Positions 1 to 11,000 of a stretch of 56,820 bases of DNA are shown here, piece by piece; the stretch's first letter is position 1, and each line of letters begins with the position of its first letter. The stretch covers positions 173,775-230,594 of the forward strand of contig NW_019217881.1 of NCBI RefSeq assembly GCF_002571385.2, read 5' to 3'. The notes under the pieces are model-generated. The model ran no database searches and had not been told where the DNA came from. It saw only the letters and a program-made list of their open reading frames with translations. Position numbers and translations under genes: made by a program. The stretch is from Stylophora pistillata (lineage: Eukaryota).

Positions 1-216
1 GTAAAAATGGGCAACTTCGAAGCGCTCTTGTCGCTAATACAAAGCAAACTAGAAAAAATGGCAGTTATTTTCGAACTGCTGAGAAAAAGTCTTCTAATTG
101 AGATAAACTTTTTCTAGACCGTACTTTCCCTTCAAGTAAGCCAGTTACCTCGAACTTACCAACTTATGAATCACATCAGAACTTTAAAATCAGTTTCTTA
201 GTTGGTCACTCATTCG

Positions 217-325
217 GTCAGCAGTCAGTCAGTCAGTCAGTCAGTCAGTCAGTCAGTCAGAGAATCAGTCAGTCAGTCAGTGGGGGGTCAGTCAGTCAAT
301 CAGGCAGACAGTCGGTGAGTCAGTG
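217..325. repeat. (CAGT)n microsatellite, degenerate
   Basis: Direct: run of cagtcagtcagt... with interruptions. Confidence 0.95.
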
Positions 326-605
326 TTAATGGATGTTTTTCTCCTTTGAATAGACAAGCAAATGCAGTTCAAAACTCATTAATAATGGGGTGGGGTTGAA
401 AGGGGATTTAGCTTACCTCCTCCAGTTCCAAAAGCACAATCCACAGGGATACCACCTTCGACTTCAATTTTGTTGTTCGGATTGCCATTTAATGATTTAG
501 TTATGATGACTACGTTTCCACCTGCACCACTGTCCCCGGGAGCAGATCTGTGTGCCTTCATGTTTAGGCATTCCCCTGATTGTCCTGGAGGATTAACATG
601 ATTAT

Positions 606-1169
606 TGTCACGTTTACGGATACGAACTCTAATCTTTTTTACTTATGTAACTCTTCCGATTTTAGCACAAAGACACTAAGAAACTTTCGATGACTTTCCA
701 TTAAATTTGTTAGCGCGCTTTGTTTGATTTCTATTCCGTGACTAGCGAATATCCGCTCGAAGCTAGCTACACAAAGCACCATTCATTTCTACTTCCCCTA
801 CGTCAAAGTGTTAGAACTAAATTCGCCTTCTATCAGGGAGTAGTTGAGTTGCGAGGAGTCATTGTAGCGAAACCATTTCGGAGCCGAACGGAGTTTAGGA
901 GTTCTCTACCCCAGAGTCAAGATCCGATGTAAATTACGCTTGTAATATTCCTCATTTTTATCATTTCTAGTTTCGTAGTCTTTCGGTTTTCCTTATATCG
1001 AACCTTTATGTATCCGTTCTATAGTTTTTACCGCCTGTGCTGTACAAAGACTGCCAGACTAAGTGAATAAAGAGTTTGATGCTGCTAGTTGTCTAAAGTT
1101 CAACACTGTGGTTATACTGGCGAACTCCGGTGCACAACACCACGTGTCTGCGGCATCGGGAACGCGACA
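606..1169 (+). mobile_element. Solo LTR of an LTR retrotransposon
   Basis: Starts TGTCACGTT, ends AACGCGACA (TG..CA, 8/9 terminal inverted repeat). 5-bp TSD ATTAT at 601-605 and 1170-1174. AATAAA at ~1066. Confidence 0.85.
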
Positions 1170-1277
1170 ATTATAAAAACCCGAAACAGCGAGAACATCG
1201 GAGAATGATTGAATAAACTGTCAGAGTGATATAAATTACTCTCATCTTTTGGAATGGCATTTTTTTTTTTGTATTAT

Positions 1278-2105
1278 CAGCCTTAAATTAAATAAAGAGA
1301 AAACTGAATTATTGGTGATCTCCGCTAAACATCTTCCAAGACCACTCCTTCACGAAATTTCAGTTGCTGGTGAGACTATTCATTCCGTGCAAAAGGCGAG
1401 GAATATCGGCACTATGTTTGATAGCCATTTTTGCTTTAATGATCATTTTACTGACATTTGCAAATTTTCATTTTATCATTTGCGAAATATTAGCTATATC
1501 AGGAAATATCTTTCAGCGACCACTACTGAATTGCTGGTTCATATGTTTGTATCTTCGAAGCTAGATTACTGTAATTCCCTTTTGTATGGCCTACCAGCCT
1601 ACACTATAAAAGCTACAACACGCCCAGAGTGCCGCGGCACGCCTCGTCACACTTACAAAAAAGGATGATCATATTACGCCAGTTCTTTTTAATCTTCATT
1701 GGCTTCCCGTTAATCAACGTATTATTTTTAAGATATTACTTATAACCTACAAGGCACTTAACAACTTGGCACCGTCGTACATTTGCGATTTGCTTACATC
1801 TTACAACCCATCGCGTCAACTACGCTCATCATCCAAGCACCTTCTGGTTTCTCCATCCTATAACTTAAAAACATATGGCACAAGATCCTTCTCTGTAGCA
1901 GCACCATCATTATGGAATGCTTTGCCATGTGAAATTAGAAATGCTCAGTCTGTGTCTGTTTTTAAAAGTAGATTAAAAACTTTTCTTTTTACAAAAGCCT
2001 TTTAGAATTAATATTAGCTGTCTTAAGTGTTAATGTGAAAGTTTTTGTAGGCGCCTTTGAACAGTAGGATACTAGCGCGGTGTAAATCTTTTATTATTAT
2101 TATTA
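1278..2105 (+). mobile_element. 3' fragment of an L2/CR1-group LINE (RT C-terminus and tail), frameshifted
   Basis: Translated LKLNKEKTELLVI...YHLRNISYIRKYL...SKLDYCNSLLYGLP...RSFSVAAPSLWNALP...FKSRLKTFLF, typical of the ORF2 C-terminus; ends in a (TTA)n tail. Confidence 0.9.
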
Positions 2106-4482
2106 CTGTCAATACTCCATAGGGTCAGCTACAAATTTGTCCATTTTCTGCTAAAATCGGTGTAAACGAGTCTAACTTTAGCAAAAAGCTTTTGTGACAG
2201 GCTGATAACTTAGTATAACTAAATAGCATTCGTAGCTGTTGCAAAAGGAGGAGATGAAGGGGAAGGGGTTGTACGACAGGAATGCCTCCCCTTTCTCCCG
2301 TTTTCCCTTTTACCCCACCTCCCAACCAAAGACGCTTACCATGATGTCTCCGCCTGTGACATGCGTTTTTGATGGTGTTACTCATTTGGTGACGTTGCCA
2401 GTTGTGGTATACCTTTAGTCCTACCTTTCGATTCAATTTTTCCATCAAGGGTCAGTTCTCCTACTAGGAGATACACCAGACCACCTCCATTTCCTCCCCT
2501 CCCCCCTGGGTTGTGATCATCGTTAATAGCAGAACCGCCTCTACCACCCCCTCCCCCACTGTAGCCCTGTCGCTTGGTGAAGTCTGTGCTGCCAAATTAC
2601 ATTCCACCTAGGACGTAATTGAACATAATCGCCAGTTAATATCATAGGAAAATTAGTTAGTTAAGCTTAGCATATCCTCGTTAACCAGTATGGTAAACCA
2701 AGAGCAGAGGTTTTGTACCTTGTTTCAAAACTGTATCGCATATTAAACCTCCTAAACAAAGTGATTGATCTGAGTGTTTCTATTAGTGCAATTGGCAGTG
2801 TAATTTTACTGTGGGCCTTTTAAAGTATTAAAAAGGGAATGGATGATTTATAAAGACGTCAAGTTCCAATGTCTGTGTGTATCACACAATCTTTTCTTTC
2901 AAGATTACTCCATTAAAGGACTATTTGCTATGGTCAATATCCCAGTGGATGTTACGTTGAATCTAACCTGAGACCTTGTGGAAATAAGAAATCTACTTTC
3001 ACCTCTTGCAGGATATCATTTTAGAAGCACCTACCTAGAGTTTATGATCACCGAGAGAAGGTACTATGAAGAAACTTAAAAACGGTCATTTATGGTTTTA
3101 CTTCCTCCTCTGCCACCACCATGATATGTGTTACGCGATAAATCCCCTGAAAAGAAAAAGGTCTTCACCATAACATCGAGCATGTGCGCACTGCTAGCCT
3201 ATCGATGGGGTAAAGCAGCTGGAGCCCTAAAATTTCAGCGAGAACTTGAAATGGCAAGACTAGGTCAGAAGTGATTCTTGCGGTTCAGTACGATTCCTTT
3301 AGGTTCGAAAGAAATTATTGACGTGGAAATGTTACAGGGGATCGGTTAAATGTTGACCTCCCTCTCCTCCTCTGCTCTCAGTCCCAGATGTTCCGCCATA
3401 AGCACTCACATATTTACCCTGAACAGGCTGGCCTTGCTGACCTCCGTCCCCACCATCACCCCCTGGGCATCTCGCCACTCCTCCACCCCCGGTGTAAGTG
3501 CCAATCTTCAAATGTAAGGTTTTAAAGAAATAATCAGGAGTCTTTTTGAATGTAAATTATTGATTTTGTTTCAACGCAATACCCAAGATTATAGCTTTGA
3601 CAGAAGCATCGCAAACAATAATGCTAGCTACTGTAAAAGCAAATTTGGCAGTATAGCAAAGAGACAAACGGAAAAGAAAAGCAATTGAAAAAGGAAAAAT
3701 TTACTTACAACAGTTGAAGCTGTTCCTTCTTTGTTGGTACAACCAGTTCCACCATCCCCTCCCCCATCACCAGAAAAGTGTCCACCTCCTCCCCCTCCAC
3801 CCGCACTGTCATTGTTATTGACTGCAGAATCCCTTCCTCCCCCTCCGGCGTTGTATCCTCCAGGACCCCATTGCAAGGCTAAATAACAACATCATTACAA
3901 TCATTAAGAGATACGATTATCGAACCACTATGTTTTATAATCCGTTTCTATCAAAGAAGTAAACGTAGTAGAATTGACTATCACTATCTCCTGCACCTCC
4001 TTCTCTGATCCCGTGTGTATTGATAGCCCATGACGCTCCATAAAGATCTCCTCCTTTCCCATTGGTTCCTGTTTGAAGGTATAAGAAAGACTCACCACCA
4101 TACCCCCCCCCCACCCCGAGAGTCACCGCCTTGTCTGCCTTGAAATCCTACGAAAGAAGATTAAAGATAAACGTTGTGTAGTTAAAACCATTCCCACCAA
4201 AATTCACTTGGTTTGACTATTACTAGCTGCAACACTTGAGCATCTTTCGAGCATTTGCCCCTTATATACCGATATAACTAAAAATATACTTATAAGGAGT
4301 TTTTTCGAAGCGACAGCATATATGCAGAGGACCTTTTCCAGTTTCCAGTTGTTGATATTATTGAAGTCCCATCGATGTTCGCTGATTTTGCTCTCAGAGC
4401 CAAAATTCCTCCGTAACCAATCTCTTGTTGTCGACATGTCAGACTGCAGTTGTTGCTCAGTGTTACAATTTGATAATTCGGA

Positions 4483-6017
4483 AATAGCTGGGTAATCATA
4501 TGACTATCATTGAATTTTACTGGCTGAGTAAAAATAGCTGGGTAATGATATGTGACTATCATTGAATTTTACTGGCTGAGTAAAAATAGCTGGGTAATGA
4601 TATGTGACTATCATTGAATTTTACTGGCTGAGTAAAAATAGCTGGGTAATGATCATGATATGTGACTATCATTGAATTTTACTGGCTGAGTAAAAATAGC
4701 TGGGTAATGATATGTGACTATCATTGAATTTTACTGGCTGAGTAAAAATAGCTGGGTAATGATATGTGACTATCATTGAATTTTACTGGCTGAGTAAAAA
4801 TAGCTGGGTAATGATATGTGACTATCATTGAATTTTACTGGCTGAGTAAAAATAGCTGGGTAATGATATGTGACTATCATTGAATTTTACTGGCTGAGTA
4901 AAAATAGCTGGGTAATGATATGTGACTATCATTGAATTTTACTGGCTGAGTAAAAATAGCTGGGTAATGATATGTGACTATCATTGAATTTTACTGGCTG
5001 AGTAAAAATAGCTGGGTAATGATATGTGACTATCATTGAATTTTACTGGCTGAGTAAAAATAGCTGGGTAATGATATGTGACTATCATTGAATTTTACTG
5101 GCTGAGTAAAAATAGCTGGGTAATGATATGTGACTATCATTGAATTTTACTGGCTGAGTAAAAATAGCTGGGTAATGATATGTGACTATCATTGAATTTT
5201 ACTGGCTGAGTAAAAATAGCTGGGTAATGATATGTGACTATCATTGAATTTTACTGGCTGAGTAAAAATAGCTGGGTAATGATATGTGACTATCATTGAA
5301 TTTTACTGGCTGAGTAAAAATAGCTGGGTAATGATATGTGACTATCATTGAATTTTACTGGCTGAGTAAAAATAGCTGGGTAATGATATGTGACTATCAT
5401 TGAATTTTACTGGCTGAGTAAAAATAGCTGGGTAATGATATGTGACTATCATTGAATTTTACTGGCTGAGTAAAAATAGCTGGGTAATGATATGTGACTA
5501 TCATTGAATTTTACTGGCTGAGTAAAAATAGCTGGGTAATGATATGTGACTATCATTGAATTTTACTGGCTGAGTAAAAATAGCTGGGTAATGATATGTG
5601 ACTATCATTGAATTTTACTGGCTGAGTAAAAATAGCTGGGTAATGATATGTGACTATCATTGAATTTTACTGGCTGAGTAAAAATAGCTGGGTAATGATA
5701 TGTGACTATCATTGAATTTTACTGGCTGAGTAAAAATAGCTGGGTAATGATATGTGACTATCATTGAATTTTACTGGCTGAGTAAAAATAGCTGGGTAAT
5801 GATATGTGACTATCATTGAATTTTACTGGCTGAGTAAAAATAGCTGGGTAATGATATGTGACTATCATTGAATTTTACTGGCTGAGTAAAAATAGCTGGG
5901 TAATGATATGTGACTATCATTGAATTTTACTGGCTGAGTAAAAATAGCTGGGTAATGATATGTGACTATCATTGAATTTTACTGGCTGAGTAAAAATAGC
6001 TGGGTAATGATATGTGA
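4483..6017. repeat. 52-bp minisatellite, about 29-30 near-identical copies, running into an N gap
   Basis: Unit actatcattgaattttactggctgagtaaaaatagctgggtaatgatatgtg; one copy near 4650 has a 6-bp insertion. Confidence 0.97.
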
Positions 6018-6894
6018 NNNNNNNNNNNNNNNNNNNNNNNNNNNNNNNNNNNNNNNNNNNNNNNNNNNNNNNNNNNNNNNNNNNNNNNNNNNNNNNNNNN
6101 NNNNNNNNNNNNNNNNNNNNNNNNNNNNNNNNNNNNNNNNNNNNNNNNNNNNNNNNNNNNNNNNNNNNNNNNNNNNNNNNNNNNNNNNNNNNNNNNNNNN
6201 NNNNNNNNNNNNNNNNNNNNNNNNNNNNNNNNNNNNNNNNNNNNNNNNNNNNNNNNNNNNNNNNNNNNNNNNNNNNNNNNNNNNNNNNNNNNNNNNNNNN
6301 NNNNNNNNNNNNNNNNNNNNNNNNNNNNNNNNNNNNNNNNNNNNNNNNNNNNNNNNNNNNNNNNNNNNNNNNNNNNNNNNNNNNNNNNNNNNNNNNNNNN
6401 NNNNNNNNNNNNNNNNNNNNNNNNNNNNNNNNNNNNNNNNNNNNNNNNNNNNNNNNNNNNNNNNNNNNNNNNNNNNNNNNNNNNNNNNNNNNNNNNNNNN
6501 NNNNNNNNNNNNNNNNNNNNNNNNNNNNNNNNNNNNNNNNNNNNNNNNNNNNNNNNNNNNNNNNNNNNNNNNNNNNNNNNNNNNNNNNNNNNNNNNNNNN
6601 NNNNNNNNNNNNNNNNNNNNNNNNNNNNNNNNNNNNNNNNNNNNNNNNNNNNNNNNNNNNNNNNNNNNNNNNNNNNNNNNNNNNNNNNNNNNNNNNNNNN
6701 NNNNNNNNNNNNNNNNNNNNNNNNNNNNNNNNNNNNNNNNNNNNNNNNNNNNNNNNNNNNNNNNNNNNNNNNNNNNNNNNNNNNNNNNNNNNNNNNNNNN
6801 NNNNNNNNNNNNNNNNNNNNNNNNNNNNNNNNNNNNNNNNNNNNNNNNNNNNNNNNNNNNNNNNNNNNNNNNNNNNNNNNNNNNNNNNNNNNNN
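6018..6894. other. Assembly gap (N run)
   Basis: Direct. Confidence 1.
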
Positions 6895-7554
6895 CTAAAA
6901 ATACTTGAAATATCGAGCCTTGAAAACGCTCTACAACACTTATGCTAGAAATTACACTTCTACGCAAACTCAAGCAGTTAACTCTTGCTAATTTAAATAA
7001 AAATGCTGTTAAACTGACCGTGAATATGCAGAATTTGTTAATCATTATACGGACCTGAAAGTGTTAAGATTGTTTTTTTTTTTTTAGATCAATCGGTAAA
7101 ACAAAGATGTTTGCTTCGGTTCTCAGAGGCCAACGGAAACAACATGCAACTACCATAAATTAGTAAAAAGGCGTCAAAGACATGTCAAATTTGCTAATTA
7201 TAGATCATTATTTTACTGAAAGGTATGGTATATATATACAAAGTTTAATTTTTTCTATTTTCTGATCTCACTGAATTACTACTGTACAGAGCATTGAGAA
7301 CTTGAATTTCGTATGAAAATCAATTTTAAATTAGGACATTATCCAAGAAGATCTTTTAAAGGAATGCTTTCTGTTAGTCTTTAAGTGAGACCAAACTTTG
7401 ACATCTGAAAAACTTTCTTTTGTATCTTGCACTAAGCTATCATAATGACTAAATTCAGTTGAAATTCAGTGCGATTCTTATCATTCGTCGGTCTCTTATA
7501 CCAAACGCTGGAAGGTGCTTACACCCACAGACTACTCGAAACACCTGATTCTTA

Positions 7555-7686
7555 GGGCCTGATTACATGAGCTGAGCTGGCCCGGTTAGCCGGGCTGATT
7601 TCTTTTGTTTTCACGCTTTGGTGAACACCAAAACAAAAGAAATCAGCCCGGCTAACAGGGCCAGCCCGCCTCATGTAATCAGGCCC
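7555..7686. mobile_element. Palindromic MITE, PIF/Harbinger-type
   Basis: GGGCCTGATTACATGAG...CTCATGTAATCAGGCCC with ~55-bp arms; TTA on both sides. Confidence 0.8.
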
Positions 7687-8021
7687 TTAAACAACATAAC
7701 AACTTGATTGCTTAGTCATGATCCTCTGAGAGTCGTTTAAGCCCTCTGACGTCCTTAGTATCTCTAGTCGTGTTTTTGTTTTGAAGTAAGTCGGGAGGGA
7801 AGGGTTTTATTTTTATTTATATTTTAGCAATTAAAAGCCTCTATCTAACAGCCCGAATTAAGTCTGAGATCAATATCACGCGACACTTCCAGAGCCAGAG
7901 TTATAGTAAAATACAAAAGGAGTCTTGAATTCCACAGAGATCTTTTAGGCCAGTGATTTTAGTTGATTTAGTCTGATATTCCTTAAGTCGTGTTATTTGA
8001 CGTAGTGCCTTCCATTGTACA

Positions 8022-11000
8022 TCATCCGGAGGTAAACAGCTCGTCATTTGTTTTCACCACCCAACGACCAATGCCTCCCCCGCCACCTTACAAAAAGAAC
8101 GATGTACAAGTATCAATTTTGAATGGGGACACTTTTCAATATTAAAATTGCGTAATTGGTGTTGGTAGGAGACAATATGTTCCTACTTAATAAATTAAAA
8201 ATGGTTCAATTTAGTAGCTTTTTTGACGAGTAGTCCGTTTTGAAGGTTCTCGTTTGCACTAGGTAGCATTACAATGCCTTACACTGTAACGTTTTTGGCG
8301 TTAGCTTAGAAAATGAATTTCTTCCTGTATTAGTACCTCCTCCAGCACCAAATGCACACTGTACAGGTCCAGCACCTTCAACAAGAATTTTACCATGAGG
8401 ACTTCCCTGTAATGTCTCGGTAATGATGACGACACTTCCACCCGCACCACTCCCCCCGGGGGCAGATCTGTGGGCCTTCCTGTTGAGGCATTCCCCTGGG
8501 TGTCCTTCATGAAAGAAATGAAATGATATCACATTCAGATGGAGTTTAAAGTATATACTAAATAATTAATTAACGATAATATGATTCAATATTTTCTTGC
8601 TCTTTAGCTTAACCATCAAGTCGTATTTCTAACTATAACACAAAAGACAAGGTAAAGTGCATGTTCTGAGAAGGATTTCCTTTAATCCAAAGTTATCTGG
8701 TTTTAAATGTTATGATAGAGAAAGTTTTTTTTAACTTATTACCTTTCGATTCAATTTTCCCATCCAAAGTCATCTTCTCAAGAAGAAGAAACACCAGGCC
8801 ACCACCATTTCCTCCCCTCCCCCCTGGGTTGGTATCATCTGTAAAAGCTGAGCCACCTCCACCACTCCCTCCCCCACCGTAGCTGAGTCGGTTTGTGAAG
8901 TCTGTGTTGCCAAATTGCATTCCACCTAAAGTAGAAATGCAAAAGTTGGTGAAGAGAAGTGACAGGTTTTCAAACCAAATTCATATAAATGAAAAGTTAT
9001 AGATGATATTGGCATTGCCTCACACCATAACGGCTGTTACTGGCCTTTACCATGGTAAGTGATAAATAATACTGTAGCATCGCTACTCTTAGAGAAGGTA
9101 TTACCTTCGTGAAAAGGTTATATGTGATGCTCCAAAGGGAAACGTTATTTTGATATAAGCGTTGAAGTTTTTCAGTTATTCGAGATTTGGCAATGACCAA
9201 CTTAACCAGCTCGACTTGGCCATCAACCTCCATCGTAGACACGAATACTTACTGTATCGCAGCTCCTCATTCAAAAATGGGAAACTTTGTTTCAACATCA
9301 TTTGTTCCCAGTTTACTTACCCCCTCCTCCTCCCCCACCATAAGCAGGATGACATGACGAGTCACCTAGGATTAGAAATTAAAGTTATAAACTGACTCTC
9401 CTATTCTCTTGTATAGCAGGAGCAATAAGTTTGTTCATTTATTCAACTACAGATTACTTCCTTATTATTTCGTTGTTGGAAAAGAATTACCCTTAAGACA
9501 AATACATTCGAGCAACATAGAAATACTAAATCACTGGATTAATGTCTCTCAATTTAATACGAATCCTGCACGAGTTTTTCTGGCTTGGGTGTAATTAGCT
9601 GTCCTATATCCATTGAGGTCAAATAGCTGTAGTTATTCATCACCTCCTCCGCCCCCTTTACTTCCATTCCCTGCTGTTCCTCTGCGAGCTGAAGAACAGT
9701 CCCCTTTGACAGGCTGACCCTGCTGGCTCCCATTTCCACCAGCGCCTGCTGTACAGGCTGCCACCCCTCCTCCGCCAGCCAACACATTGATCTGTGAGGA
9801 AAATACGGAAGCTACATCTAAATTTACATCACATATGACAAACACACAGACAAACAGCTAAAGAGAGTATTGACTTACAACAGATGAAGCTGTCCCTCCT
9901 GTACCTCCCCTGCCACCACAGCCAGTTCCAGCACCGCCACCCCCGCCACCAGAAAAATGTCCACCTCCTCCTCCTGCGCCCGCACCATCATCACTATTAA
10001 CCGTTGAGTCACCTCCTCCCCCTCCGGAGTTGTATCCTCCAGGTCCACCTCGTGACGCAAAATCTGAGAATATGTTATGGTCATCCCAATTATCATCAAC
10101 ATTTATCCAACCAATGTTAGTTGATACCTGTTATCAACAGTAAATGGTGTGAATGGTAAGGAAAGTGCAACACAACTTACCATCCCCTCCCCCTCCCCCT
10201 CCAAGTCCATTTGAGTTTATGGCCCACGAAGGTCCAACAATATCTCCTCCTTTCCCATTGGTTCCTGTCTGAATGTACATGAAGGACTCGCCACCATACC
10301 CACCCCCACCCCGTGAGTCACCACCTTGTCCACCACGAAATCCTACGAAGGAAATTAAATCAAGTAATTAATCTTAGAAACAACGTTCACTGATAATCTT
10401 TGCCTTTTTAGGAACCCTCAACCCTCGAAAACAAGCTTTAACTAAGTTAGCCTTGCAGCCCAAAATTTATCACGAGTTCTTGTCAGCTTGAACGAGGAAG
10501 GTTCTAATTCGCTGTGTTTCTTAAGGCTTTTAATGTCGAGATTGTGTTAGAACAATGTACGGATAATGTGAAAATTTTCATCGTTTCAATTTTTTTAAGC
10601 TTGTGTCGTGCAAGCAATCTTAGAGTGTACAGTAAAGTACAGTTCAAAATTATTTGCGGTCTACCTAAACCAGTGGTTGATATCACTGAGGTTCCATCGA
10701 TGTACAACATTTTAGCTCTCAGAGCCAGAATCCCTCCATGACCTCTGTCTTGCGTTCGACATGTCAGAACACATTTCTTCCTGAGGGTGACATTTTTGTA
10801 CTTTGGAAATAGTTGGGCGATGGTGTAACTGTCGCTGGACTTAACTGGCTGAGTAAAGGCTCCGGTCAATGTGAGATCACAGCTTGAAAAAATAATCATG
10901 ATTGTAAAAATATTGTTTATTTATAGTCTTTGAAAGTGTTTTATCAAGGGGATAAGGAGATATGGAGGAAAAGGGAAGGGAGAAAAGAAAGAAAAGAAAT

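Larger units (their letters stand above)
417..4535 (-). pseudogene. Disabled tandem paralog of the PAN-EGF-Gly-rich gene; exon equivalents about 4333-4535, ~3985-4147, 3709-3878, 3358-3505, 3102-3146, 2425-2607, 417-584; last exon lies outside the window
   Basis: Exon-by-exon similarity to 8022-10882 ([60 protein letters not shown]) with largely matching splice positions. Lesions: CAA>TAA stop at 2597-2599, a 7-bp ACTGGAA duplication near 4337-4350, an extra C in the poly-C at ~4103-4112, and several Gly>Arg/Asp changes. Confidence 0.9.

Noticed and set aside
4483-6017. Possible CRISPR array
   Set aside because: Head-to-tail identical units with no unique spacers, no cas genes, eukaryotic context
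5962-7045. Long ORFs of 294-358 aa in the ORF track
   Set aside because: Artefacts of translating through the N gap
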